A stretch of DNA of 64,000 nt, taken from positions 930 to 64,929 of the forward strand of contig CAYMSO010000007.1 in assembly GCA_964393185.1 (NCBI GenBank), written 5' to 3'. The notes beneath the pieces were generated by a model that saw only the letters and a list, made by a program, of their open reading frames with translations, was not told the origin of the DNA and did not search any database. Each line of letters starts with the position of its first letter. Positions within the stretch are counted from its first letter, which is position 1. Positions 50,101 through 58,813 of the stretch are shown here, one piece after another. The stretch is from an uncultured Candidatus Saccharibacteria bacterium (GTDB lineage: Bacteria; Patescibacteriota; Dojkabacteria; J137). Position numbers and translations under genes: made by a program.

Positions 50101-53100
50101 AAAAATACTGGTTCTTTTACATGGCCTGCTGTAGAAACCGATACGAATAAACCTGTAAGAATTACATATATCTGGAAAAGAACAGGAGGTGAACTACCAG
50201 AAGGCTGGACTTTGGATTTGGTACCTACCGAAATAAGAGGCAACTCAGTCATCTTACCAGAAGACATAAGCTGGCAAGAACAGCTACAAAATATAACCCT
50301 AAAAGTTAACACGCCAATATTCCCTGGAGAATACGAGTTATTAATAGATGCTGTGCACGAAAGTACTGCCTGGTTTAGAGACTGGGGAAATTTTGCTCCG
50401 AAATATGATATTAATGTATTGTCTAATCCAGATAAACCATTAAGTCCCCCAGATTTTGGAGATGTAATGGGAGAAACAGATGCAATTGGAGGGCCCATAC
50501 CTGTACCATATAACATAGACAGTGATGGTTGGATTGATAACTGTGAAGACTACAGTTGGGATGGCTTACGGTTTAGTGGTAGAAACTGTGGCATACATGG
50601 TATATGGCAAGCACCTAGAGATACTGGTTACCATGCAATTTGTGAACCTATCAATGGCGGGCATTATGAATACGAAATCGTCACAGAAAATGACCGAGTA
50701 TTTTTCTTCTGCCCAGGCAATACACAATATTGGGATACACAAGTTGGTTCACAAGTTGGTGTAGAAGTCCATTGGAATACAAGATCAGAAAACTCTCTAG
50801 GTGGATTCAGAATAATTGAATTCTTCCCTGTTAGAAAAACTTGGGATTCAAGATTTGAAGAACAATACAATGATGCAAAACTTTACCAAACAATTCCAGT
50901 CAATAGAAGTCAACCTGCTTCGGAGTATAAATTTACAATTCAACCAAGATTTTTTAATGCAGGCACAGCTATATGGACTAATACTAACATTGAATTAGTA
51001 GCTATAAATAAGCCATTAGAGCAGGGCGGAGTGGAAGTAGCTTCGCCATTTTATGATCCAGCTACCTGGCGAACTCCAAGTCGCTTAAGAGTTAACAATA
51101 ATGCTAGTGGTTATGGCAGGGGGTCTGTTGCTGCGTTTACTTTTGATATTAGAGTGCCCGAGTCAATGCCTTATGGTTTATACAAACAATGCTTTGTAAT
51201 GACCAATGATCCGTGGATTCCATTCGAAAGACGTGATAGTTTCTGCATTACAATGGATGTTCAGATGACTCAAAAAGAGCAAGGAGAATATTCTTGTCCC
51301 TTACCTCATCCAGTTTATAAAGATATGTCTACCGCCTCCGAAATAATCGGATATATACAACAAAATACACAATTTATTATTAAAGGTAGAGAACCAGGCT
51401 GGTCATTAATTATATTTCCTACTGGTGATCACCAAGAAGGATGGGTGGAAGACAATGCCTCGTGTTTTACAAACATTGTAATCATAGATAATGTGATTCC
51501 TACCCCAGTATTTGACATACTGCCCCAACCAACTGGAGATACAGGAATAGTAATAAGATTTGACGGAGTTATAGTTAGAACAGGTCCAGACGACAGATTT
51601 ACACCTATTACTGATTTAGATTATGGGGATCAAGTACAGGTCATTGGGGAAGCATTTATTGATGATAATAATTATGGAGGATGGTTACTTGTAAGACTAC
51701 CCGACGGTACAGAAGGTTGGGTGCCAAAAGGTACTATTGCTCATGTTAACGATCCACCCGATATTCAGGTCAGCTTAGTCCCCGATATGGTTAGAGTGCA
51801 TATTTGCGGTACAAATGACATCCCTGTTTATCCTGCGCCAGGTGTCAAATCTTATACTGTAGGAACTCTCAAGCCAGGGCAAAATATTGGAATTATTATG
51901 AAATGGCAAAACTGGTTTCAGGTTTACTTAAATAAAAACGGAGATACTGGCTGGGTCGAAAATTTACAAGGTATGTGTGAAGGATTTGTATATCCTAAAG
52001 GAGAGAATTATTGTGGCGGTGCTTTAGGTTATCCATACGAAAGAGATTATGGAATCTCGAACTACGGAGACTACGGCATGAGACCTTCTGGATTCCACGA
52101 CGCAGTCGATATTCCAGCTCCATATGGCACACCCGTACTGGCTGTTGAGTATGGAATAGTCAAGTTGTCGCAAAGGGATGGCCGTTGTTCAGATAATATG
52201 TACGGAGCTGGAATTTATGTTGACATTTATCACCCAAGATTGAATTTGACTACCCGATACCTACATTTAAGCGAAAAAAATGTGAACGTTGGAGATGAGG
52301 TATTCAAAGGCATGATTATAGGCAAAACTGGTAATACAGGCTGTGTAGTTCCAAGACCAACCGCTTCGAATCCACTTGGGGGTACACATTTACATTTTAG
52401 GGTATTTGATCATAGCAAGAACTCTACAATTGATCCAAAATCCACTTGGGTTGGGGGAAATAATAGTTGTGAGGTAGGAGAAAACGATCAGACAAGTAAA
52501 AGATCACGAGTAGAAGAATTAATTAGACAACAAGAACAAGAGTGGGCAAATAGTGGAAGCTATACAGAAATGCCAGATTGGAGGGGCCAATTGCATCTAT
52601 GGTCTAGCGAATGTAAAGTATGGGTAAAAGATTACCAAGATATTAAATCTGGCGATATTGATGTGAGAGATGAATGGACAAACGGCCAATCTGGAGGAGC
52701 TCTTATATATAACCACCTTGCTGATGAAATATACTTGGTTGCAAATGGCATGTGGCTAGAATATATTGAACATGGTGGCCCCTGTGGTAAACCAGGATTG
52801 CCTATCGACACAAATGGAAAAAACATTGAACAATGGTCATATGCAACTGATCGAAGTGTAAATAATGGTATAGAAAGGGAATCAGCCAGATATCAAAGAT
52901 TTCAGAATGGAACTTTATATTGGTATTGGTACATTAATACAGAAACTGCAAAATCCTTTGCTGTACTAGAAAAAATTTTTACAAAGTATAAAAGTCTAGG
53001 TGAGTGGTTCAGTCATTATGGTTATCCAATATCTGAAGAATACGAAGGAGGTTGCCAGTTATTTGAATTTGATTCTATTTGTAGAAAGGACAACTCATTA

Positions 53101-54219
53101 GAATTAAGTGAATGTATAGTAAATGGATCATGTAAAATAGACCAGCTATATACAAATAACGAACCTACACTGGAAAACTTAATTCAAGCAATAAAAATAC
53201 TAGAAACTTACTATGACAACGCAACGATAACTGGCTTGTTATTTAGATATATTTTCGAACCAGAAGGAGTATTTGATGCTTCCGCACCTGACACAATTAT
53301 ATATAAACGTGGAAACGAATTACCTAAATGTAATATATATAATTGTGAAAACATAATTATGCAAACACTTGGCTATATATCTTATTTATCCAAATGTGAC
53401 ACCTTAGAAGAAGCAAAAAATGGAGCAGGAAACGGATGTGATGGCAAGGATGGCGGAAATTATACAAACCTAAACTATGTTTCAGGTTCAATTGAGCCAT
53501 CTCACCTATTTGCTGGAATATCTGAACAATATTTTGAAGCTGTAGATCCAAAGTTTAAATATGGATCACTATACCTAGGTAAAGAGCTAGATAAATCTGC
53601 CAGAACTTATATAGGTGATTTAGGAGGAGTAGTACAGAAGTCTATGCGTGACCAAAATATGACATGGGTAAATTCATCTGATGAATTTAAACAATACTCA
53701 TCTAACTTCAAGGTTATTGAAAATAGAACTTATGAAGGTCTGATCCTTAAAGCTGATCTTGATACTGATATAGATTCTTATATGATTAACAATATTCTTA
53801 GTTCAAACAAAAATATGAATCTCTCTCAGTCGCTAATCAATTATTATTTATCTAATGAATCTACTAGAAATAAACGATATACTTTGTTTGCTGAACAAAC
53901 TTTGGGCTATGTTTACCCTAATTCGGTGAGTACAAATCAACTCAAAGAAATTGCTGCTCAAAGCGAAATATTTGCTATTATGTTTGATTACTATTCTTTT
54001 CCACGAAGCTGTATATTAGGTACTGGTATAGAATGTGCTGCATTCTATTTTTTAATAGAAGACGATGATTTTATATATAGTATAATGTATACAGGTGTAC
54101 TTGAAAGCGGTATATTTTATGACTTGATTGCAAATGAAATTATGTATGAGAAAGGTCTCAGAACTACCCGATATAGCAAGAACGATATGCATGAGCTGTT
54201 AGTAACTCTACAAAAGTAA
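44164..54219 (+). CDS. giant secreted multidomain surface protein (3351 aa) with DUF11-type repeats, Ig/NBR1-like modules, 3x SH3b, M23 peptidase and LGFP-like repeats
   Basis: Signal peptide ending TATFAQ. DUF11-like ITYTIRIETSKYYDLTGIEIIDLLPDGVSFD (~46.38 kb). SH3b-like modules at ~51.30-51.97 kb. M23 motifs FHDAVD (52.09 kb) and GGTHLHFRVF (52.38 kb). LGFP-like RYQRFQNGTLYWY / YGYPISEEYEGG (~52.65-53.08 kb). Confidence 0.85.
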   Translation: MKIIKKQVRKISLVKMSAIYFSTFLAFSPLTATFAQISANVNNYDFEVREFNTETLEPNQEVEIPIKIDNLGTQSWYKDDLSGTPKIQLSYKITDSANNIVEGEKTDLLADVLDISAAPNNILDANQKLKIKAPDLEGSYSLEVMLFDNEKQILIESSNKEKNIFNLLVEIPLTPDITSPTGALEIIKVIPDSLPETETIGTNINIKLTANDPQVDGALTSGISEYILSDSSVFANSEWLSWSQSTELVINRTLQNIPGEHSFYVKFKDAVGNISQIYSDTINFVSTAPIGSIEVDKDELVNVSNDSTPQLQVQDNNLKIYLNATSNVGVSEYKLAYTDQILSSNSEIEQFLNNHSWNAFTNTTLSSQQEVKDLVLTDETGSYYFFVKYKNLQGQESEIYSTSINYQKYNITPELTASSQQALFAGDMEFSATIKNSGEDIGYNARIEVVLPKGFSFIEPMSANGKAAIIPTFISTNQAGNQILVYQGVADLLTGESVTINSKIKVGGQNDGYKIGDIVPIQVKGQLFKRSNFITGFETNVIAQVELKPFIVNYNEQGNQEHLVGDIVDNNVEIRTNEEIPSDESQNELDPIEASPLVVEFELTNGVNYVDGSQQVLINGVPAAVAFQIVEMINSNPILVWMLGQVDVNTVIQIFFQTEIEKIESQDEISTDFVDHNEELNNNLLVSGDYTNPCSVADLLADNCEESKEYSEIIGNNITAKYFDVQKWSNIDSEELEPNSIITYTIRIETSKYYDLTGIEIIDLLPDGVSFDPNQSNLQFNNDIQLDLFDVSQDTLTGETKLVWRINNQSGIEAGTVYQFSYDVRVNQNYTNKNDNGDYRIVSDDILTSLVTVRGVWSDINNTIREETVEERIKEETATTNDSLSEPKFEKGIKLANTQDDYSDNVMARIGDKFDIYTLITFPENTPTKDFNFRTYLPVGTKLVEDSLNVTPTGTFSKDPTYQQSIAGGYLFDLGKVEGGSTFRIDYQIEVLDDANLKEAVIVRNLFRVDYKNIVDSKFTFRDEVTLNLIEPIIQVRKRIVDGYLARGEISTVELRIKNTGHDSAYNLNLKDTIPNNTVLINVNNQFSIISNLGNTFNVVYNDNTQEFEMSNFDLLPSEQIIINYQILTNEQVIFGDKINSIVTVSEYSNRPEEDTLIARNYPAKTYNFNWKAAEPLLITDLNINPQINTGLNVTRDQQFKLKAIVKTVGKAPVYNTSIQVDVSFLTKFAEDINSIPFKLYLDEVETLDYEFSVSEGVYIFEGINLGPNSTFQIDFDLTVPEFADFDSEYLVSISAIGKDKLGNNIRKDGSNETNTDTDSDDRTEENIKIVRLSPSDIRGEITFQIAGQSANITNQSSVDTVTYQLESQNKIVGVRFSNDGINWYTHDALDLLDNATLQALGIEGNWNVWNQSNTFVDDCVSSLNACTLSIEGNNYKFVEVVDLQNYTTIVEGKIIKDTTAPAFLNLSISPFEGDLTNPEYTALQDNYLNFYAYDTCVDDGLPLACAGIAEFSYSTDNQNWSEWLPAQNGLNSYLVSYPVIGNGQSYFGYLKVRDAVGNEYLRQTSALDPYTDLELQSNIVADSIKYTNNIPQVTLNLNKGAEYTADSLVELGLEIIQTPAGIQQIRYHYSQNEFDINAEWFEYVYSQNLNRSLNNTMEDGVKEICVQVMDNAGAVSNIACDSIILDNSAPTGFLVINNGEADTEHRDIVLNIAASDPNLFDGTLGVWGLQMQFSKTGEDCALIINTAEKAKCDLAWTSWENYSSTKNWALEDLIGDQRVYLRLKDALGNLSSIISSHISYNPIKGSGNIIINNNDAFTNSKYVNLDLTFNMSEFNCNLCTRPALMRFYESSSLPDSTLPVAPGINPTESELNGWTNWQEYSSALQWDIDKNNVSYPNFGYKTVYVQYLLPNTTLTDVYYDSIIYAPYYSIDYYKIDGTGINISNTATKDNFVKYSTYQLDLLPSEVLSQESFNINFNAKNTGSFTWPAVETDTNKPVRITYIWKRTGGELPEGWTLDLVPTEIRGNSVILPEDISWQEQLQNITLKVNTPIFPGEYELLIDAVHESTAWFRDWGNFAPKYDINVLSNPDKPLSPPDFGDVMGETDAIGGPIPVPYNIDSDGWIDNCEDYSWDGLRFSGRNCGIHGIWQAPRDTGYHAICEPINGGHYEYEIVTENDRVFFFCPGNTQYWDTQVGSQVGVEVHWNTRSENSLGGFRIIEFFPVRKTWDSRFEEQYNDAKLYQTIPVNRSQPASEYKFTIQPRFFNAGTAIWTNTNIELVAINKPLEQGGVEVASPFYDPATWRTPSRLRVNNNASGYGRGSVAAFTFDIRVPESMPYGLYKQCFVMTNDPWIPFERRDSFCITMDVQMTQKEQGEYSCPLPHPVYKDMSTASEIIGYIQQNTQFIIKGREPGWSLIIFPTGDHQEGWVEDNASCFTNIVIIDNVIPTPVFDILPQPTGDTGIVIRFDGVIVRTGPDDRFTPITDLDYGDQVQVIGEAFIDDNNYGGWLLVRLPDGTEGWVPKGTIAHVNDPPDIQVSLVPDMVRVHICGTNDIPVYPAPGVKSYTVGTLKPGQNIGIIMKWQNWFQVYLNKNGDTGWVENLQGMCEGFVYPKGENYCGGALGYPYERDYGISNYGDYGMRPSGFHDAVDIPAPYGTPVLAVEYGIVKLSQRDGRCSDNMYGAGIYVDIYHPRLNLTTRYLHLSEKNVNVGDEVFKGMIIGKTGNTGCVVPRPTASNPLGGTHLHFRVFDHSKNSTIDPKSTWVGGNNSCEVGENDQTSKRSRVEELIRQQEQEWANSGSYTEMPDWRGQLHLWSSECKVWVKDYQDIKSGDIDVRDEWTNGQSGGALIYNHLADEIYLVANGMWLEYIEHGGPCGKPGLPIDTNGKNIEQWSYATDRSVNNGIERESARYQRFQNGTLYWYWYINTETAKSFAVLEKIFTKYKSLGEWFSHYGYPISEEYEGGCQLFEFDSICRKDNSLELSECIVNGSCKIDQLYTNNEPTLENLIQAIKILETYYDNATITGLLFRYIFEPEGVFDASAPDTIIYKRGNELPKCNIYNCENIIMQTLGYISYLSKCDTLEEAKNGAGNGCDGKDGGNYTNLNYVSGSIEPSHLFAGISEQYFEAVDPKFKYGSLYLGKELDKSARTYIGDLGGVVQKSMRDQNMTWVNSSDEFKQYSSNFKVIENRTYEGLILKADLDTDIDSYMINNILSSNKNMNLSQSLINYYLSNESTRNKRYTLFAEQTLGYVYPNSVSTNQLKEIAAQSEIFAIMFDYYSFPRSCILGTGIECAAFYFLIEDDDFIYSIMYTGVLESGIFYDLIANEIMYEKGLRTTRYSKNDMHELLVTLQK

Positions 54220-54220
54220 T

Positions 54221-55261
54221 ATGAATATTATAACTCAGAATTTCTCTAGTAAGAAAATATCAATAATTTTACTGTCAATAGTTTTATTGTCACTTGTTAG
54301 TTATCTTACTTACAAAGCTTATATAGATACAAACTCTAAGAAAGAATTAGATATAGAATGTAAATTACAAAAAAATACTAACAATGACTTCATTTACGAT
54401 GCAGTGTTTGATGGTGTTAATAAGTTACTGCTCTTTGATAATAGTAATAAATTTGAAATTCTTTTGAACGACACTGGTTATTCTATAGCAAATCAAGCAA
54501 ACTCAGATTACTTTGGTCAGAACTACTTTGATAATACAAAATCGATAATTGCTTGTAGAGAAAATATCTACTACTTAGATAATGAAAATATAATGCTATT
54601 GTTAAGTGGCAAAGACACTCTTGTAGGATCATACATTGATTCTTATAAGCTAAATAAGGATTCTAGTTATATTGCAATTGAAACAATTCAAGATGAAATT
54701 ATTATTATAGACATTCAATCCAATAAAATAATTGCTAGATTAGGCAATACATTGTCTTCCAATCACTACGACTTTGATAATGATAGTAATCTTCTAATCG
54801 GTTATTCTGAAAAAATAGTAAGATACAATATTAATGACAAATCTTACCAAGATATTGTTTTACCTGAAGATATAGCAAATAATTACTTTTCATTTGACAT
54901 AAGCAATGAATCTAATTTGATAAGCTTTGCAATGCGAGATAAGATAACGACATATAAATTAGATACTATGATACTTTTAAACGAGCTCAAAACTAAGTAC
55001 ACTCCAAGCTTTTTGAAAATAGTATCCAAAAATCAATTAATTTATAAGGACATAGATACTAGTAGTAAATATTACCTGCTGAATTTAGATACTGGCGAAA
55101 ATACTTTAATATCTAAGGGTGAGGAGATAGTGTTTAATTCTCAGATGGACAAAGTAGCAATACTTGAACCAGTTGCAGTAGGAAACATGACAAATGTAAA
55201 TGTATATAATATCAAAGAAGAAAAACTGATTGCTGTCATATATTCAATAGATTTAAAATAG
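54221..55261 (+). CDS. N-terminally anchored hypothetical protein
   Basis: 346 aa, with a TM anchor (ISIILLSIVLLSLVSYLTY). Starts 2 nt after the giant gene's stop. The repetitive beta-rich sequence may be a propeller. Confidence 0.5.
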   Translation: MNIITQNFSSKKISIILLSIVLLSLVSYLTYKAYIDTNSKKELDIECKLQKNTNNDFIYDAVFDGVNKLLLFDNSNKFEILLNDTGYSIANQANSDYFGQNYFDNTKSIIACRENIYYLDNENIMLLLSGKDTLVGSYIDSYKLNKDSSYIAIETIQDEIIIIDIQSNKIIARLGNTLSSNHYDFDNDSNLLIGYSEKIVRYNINDKSYQDIVLPEDIANNYFSFDISNESNLISFAMRDKITTYKLDTMILLNELKTKYTPSFLKIVSKNQLIYKDIDTSSKYYLLNLDTGENTLISKGEEIVFNSQMDKVAILEPVAVGNMTNVNVYNIKEEKLIAVIYSIDLK

Positions 55262-55285
55262 TATTCACTTTGACTTGATTCATAT

Positions 55286-55657
55286 ATGAAAACAAAACTA
55301 CAACTTGGGCTAATATTAGCTATTCCAATATTAATTTTTAGCTACCTAATAGTCAAAGTACCAACAATTCAAATACCAGAAGATTATTACACAAACTCAA
55401 CTGACTATTCTGAAAATAAATTGCCAATAGTGTACGAATACTACTTATCGTTTTCCTTTGTCAAAATCAATAAATGTGATGTAATTTGTCCTAATGAAAG
55501 AGGCTTTCCTTTTACAATTAGTTACCAGGCAGAACATGACGAGTTTAGATTAATTGGCTTAATTGCTAATAGTGCACTTTCACTAATGGCCGGGATTTCA
55601 TTATCTAGCTTGATATTACTAGTAAAAGATAAAAGATTCCGTGCGAAATTTAATTAA
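55286..55657 (+). CDS. small membrane protein
   Basis: 123 aa, with N- and C-terminal TM helices. Confidence 0.4.
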   Translation: MKTKLQLGLILAIPILIFSYLIVKVPTIQIPEDYYTNSTDYSENKLPIVYEYYLSFSFVKINKCDVICPNERGFPFTISYQAEHDEFRLIGLIANSALSLMAGISLSSLILLVKDKRFRAKFN

Positions 55658-55684
55658 TGAGTTTGATTTTTATTAAGTTCACTA

Positions 55685-56317
55685 ATGAAAAAATATCAAC
55701 TATTTACTACCATTATCCTAACAATAATTATACTTTCAGGTCTATATTTAGTACTAAACCAGAATCAGTTAGAAAATTCAGAAAAATCAAAAGACTTTCA
55801 GGAAGAAGATCAATCGCAAATAGATGATTCACAGTCCGAAATCACTATTACCTCTGTAGAAACACTAAGAGACAAAGTAGTGAACGACCTAGAACTTCCC
55901 GCAACATGGCAAACCTATCCAGAAGATTTAGGAATGGAAGGGTTTATCAAAGAAGATAATTACTACACATTCAATAAAGATGAGTGTACAAAATCTCAGT
56001 GGGAAGAAAATGATATGTGTAAATACTTTGATGCAAATTTTACCTATCCAATATTAAGTCAATCTAAATCAACTGCAGCCTTTATTTCTATTCATCAAAT
56101 ATCAGATCCACAAAAATCACAGGAATTTTTAGAACTGTATAAAAATGATATTGATAAAAATCCTGACTGTACAGGTGGAGTCGTAATGGACGAGACTAAC
56201 ACCTATTTTGTAAATATCAACATCGCTGAGGGAAACAATGCAGACGATATCTATGTTATTCTAGAGGAAATAAAGAAACTAACTAACTTTAATCTATTAT
56301 ATTCATGTCAAAACTAA
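55685..56317 (+). CDS. N-terminally anchored hypothetical protein
   Basis: 210 aa, with a TM anchor (LFTTIILTIIILSGLYLVL) followed by an acidic linker. Confidence 0.45.
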   Translation: MKKYQLFTTIILTIIILSGLYLVLNQNQLENSEKSKDFQEEDQSQIDDSQSEITITSVETLRDKVVNDLELPATWQTYPEDLGMEGFIKEDNYYTFNKDECTKSQWEENDMCKYFDANFTYPILSQSKSTAAFISIHQISDPQKSQEFLELYKNDIDKNPDCTGGVVMDETNTYFVNINIAEGNNADDIYVILEEIKKLTNFNLLYSCQN

Positions 56318-57012
56318 ACACTAACTCCGCAAAAAGAAAAAAGTTAGCATTTGCACTTATACTTATAATAATTTTTTTAATCTTTCTTGCATTAATATTA
56401 AAAAAGCCAAACCAGGAAGAAGTTAAAGGATTTGGCGATGAACTTTATCAGGATGGTGATGAAATTCCAGAAACTCCACAAGAATTTGCAGTAGGAAGCA
56501 ATGACTATATTGCTCCTTCAGGAGAAAAAATTTTTACAATTAATTATCAAAACAGAGTATCTAATAACGAGCTTATAATTCAAGCAACTAGTTTTATTCA
56601 AAAAGGTGTAGCATATGCAAAATGGAGCAATGACAGTCAATTTATAATTTTCTCCTTAGCAGAAGAAGATGCTTCTAATCCTGAAAATTCAGATGAACCA
56701 GTAGTAGACGATGCAGGAAATATTTGGATTGTAGATTCTACTGGACAAAATAAAAGACAAATTATTGACTTGGCAGAAGCTACAATAGTTGATTTTGTTT
56801 CCAACGGATCTAAAATAGCATTCACAACTAATACAAAAGTTGGTATTGTAAATTTAGATGGCACAGACTTAAGATACGTCTACGAGTACACTTTGCCAGA
56901 GACAGAATCAGATTCACACTACATCCCAACAATACAGATTGTAAACACAAAGTTTAAGGTAGAAATAAAAAATGCAGATGATAGTACTACCTCTCTCACA
57001 TTTGACTTTTAG
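56305..57012 (+). CDS. N-terminally anchored protein with PD40/TolB-like beta-propeller repeats
   Basis: TM anchor. WSNDSQFIIFS..., DDAGNIWIVDSTGQNKRQII and GSKIAFTTNTKVGIVNLDGTDLRYV resemble PD40 repeats. Overlaps the upstream gene by 13 nt. Confidence 0.5.
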   Translation: MSKLNTNSAKRKKLAFALILIIIFLIFLALILKKPNQEEVKGFGDELYQDGDEIPETPQEFAVGSNDYIAPSGEKIFTINYQNRVSNNELIIQATSFIQKGVAYAKWSNDSQFIIFSLAEEDASNPENSDEPVVDDAGNIWIVDSTGQNKRQIIDLAEATIVDFVSNGSKIAFTTNTKVGIVNLDGTDLRYVYEYTLPETESDSHYIPTIQIVNTKFKVEIKNADDSTTSLTFDF

Positions 57013-57013
57013 G

Positions 57014-58270
57014 TTATTCAAGCATTTTTATAAAATCGTCAAAATTATCGCTACCTAAAGTTTCATATTTCTCCAATTTAACTAAGTCAGATAAAATTTG
57101 CTTTAACTTCACATTTGATTCAAGATCTTTTTCAAACTTAAGTAGTAAATCATCTTTATTCTCATCGGTTTTATCAAGCGCATATCTGGCAATACTGCTT
57201 GCCAGGCTTGTATCATAGTCAGCTATAAACAAACCGGAAAAAAGCTCTAAGACTATCAATGCTGGTAGTGCAGCATTTTTGAATCTTAAATCTTCAGACT
57301 TAATTAAACACTTCTTTAAGATTTTAGAAATGAGCTGAATTTCTTCAGGAATTTCATCATCTTCAGAGTATTCTAAACCTCTAATTTTTTGAATATTTCT
57401 AAATAAATTTTGAACATAATCATCCCGTAAGTCGCTTTCTTCTTCTCCCAGCATATTAACATTTAGTATAACTTCTTCTTTATCGGTTACTCTTCTTTCT
57501 TCGCCTAAAAACTGTGAATCTCTTTTAAATGGAGAATAGTCTTCTGAAATTCCGACTAAAAAGTGTGCAACAGTAGCCATAAAGCTATATACATCTGCTG
57601 AATGACTAAATGTATTAAAACCTATTTGTTCAGGTGAGGCATAAAGTGGTGTCATGCTAACCTGTTCAGAATTTTTAAAATTAGCAAAGCCAAAGTCAAT
57701 TAAAACAGCAGTGCCATCACCCTTTACTATAATATTTGCAGGTTTTATATCTCTATGATTTACAATTTGATTCATAAAATCAATTGCTACTGCAAGGCTC
57801 TGCATACTACTACAATACGTTTCTACATTATCAGTATTTAACTTAAATTGTTGTAGGGATTGACCATTTACTAAATCCATAATCAAGTAAAATTTTCCTT
57901 TAGGACCTTCCGCTGTTGCTAGTGGAAAAGCTATATGCCTTCTTAATTTTAATGGCAAAGCTTGGTGTGCTTCGTGTTGGAGTTTTAGCTCATTATTTAT
58001 AACTTCTAGCCTTTCTGACATTTCATCGGCATAAGTAACAGTACCCTCTTCAGTAGTAACAGCCGGCATTTCTATTGATTTGGCAATCATACCTGTCCAA
58101 ATAAAGCCATCACCCTGTCTTCTAAAAAGTTCAAGTATTTGGGCAGTTGCACCCGAAGCTAAAACATTTTTTGAATTAAAGAAGTAGTTTGTACCTTTAA
58201 TTACAGTGAAAAGTTGAACATCATCCTCTCCCAATTCTTCTGATTCATTATGTGTTACTTGACTATTCAT
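57014..58270 (-). CDS. serine/threonine protein kinase (Hanks-type)
   Basis: HRDIKPANIIV catalytic loop, DFGFA, TPLYASPEQ, and an upstream LASGATAQI / MIAKSI (glycine loop and Lys). The C-terminal ~130 aa are unrecognised. Confidence 0.8.
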   Translation of the reverse strand: MNSQVTHNESEELGEDDVQLFTVIKGTNYFFNSKNVLASGATAQILELFRRQGDGFIWTGMIAKSIEMPAVTTEEGTVTYADEMSERLEVINNELKLQHEAHQALPLKLRRHIAFPLATAEGPKGKFYLIMDLVNGQSLQQFKLNTDNVETYCSSMQSLAVAIDFMNQIVNHRDIKPANIIVKGDGTAVLIDFGFANFKNSEQVSMTPLYASPEQIGFNTFSHSADVYSFMATVAHFLVGISEDYSPFKRDSQFLGEERRVTDKEEVILNVNMLGEEESDLRDDYVQNLFRNIQKIRGLEYSEDDEIPEEIQLISKILKKCLIKSEDLRFKNAALPALIVLELFSGLFIADYDTSLASSIARYALDKTDENKDDLLLKFEKDLESNVKLKQILSDLVKLEKYETLGSDNFDDFIKMLE

Positions 58271-58293
58271 ATAAATAATTAATTTTAAATTTA

Positions 58294-58674
58294 CTAATTA
58301 CTTGAAGGTTTTTCTTTTTGAACTATTCCATCTTCATGCTCTGGTGGAGCATAAATAGTATAAAGCTTTAAAGGCTTTTCTGTCGATGTGTTAATAACAT
58401 TATGCTTAATTCCCGCTGGAACTACTATTGCAAAATCATCCTCAGCTAATATTACTTCATCATTTAAAATTATTTTAGCTTCGCCTTCTTCGATTCGTAA
58501 GAATTGATCGTGACCTTCGTGGGTTTCGAGACCTATTTCTTCACCAGGTTTTAAATACATTAGGACTAACTGCATTTTAGAACCAGTAAATAATACTTTT
58601 CTAAAATTGTTATTTTCTAGAGTTTCTTTTTTTATATTAGAAATAAAACCGATTTGAGATAAATTCATATTCAT
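58294..58674 (-). CDS. cupin domain protein
   Basis: GLETHEGHDQFLRIEEGEA ... VPAGIKHNVIN (cupin motifs 1 and 2). Confidence 0.75.
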   Translation of the reverse strand: MNMNLSQIGFISNIKKETLENNNFRKVLFTGSKMQLVLMYLKPGEEIGLETHEGHDQFLRIEEGEAKIILNDEVILAEDDFAIVVPAGIKHNVINTSTEKPLKLYTIYAPPEHEDGIVQKEKPSSN

Positions 58675-58813
58675 TATTTAATAAGTATTAGCTTATTATT
58701 GTACTTTTACTACTAAAGTTCAAATTTAAACAACAGTCTGAATTTAAACCATTTAGCTTTGAGATTTCTTTCTATATCACACTGTGGTATCATTTCTGGG
58801 TTCAAATTTGCCT

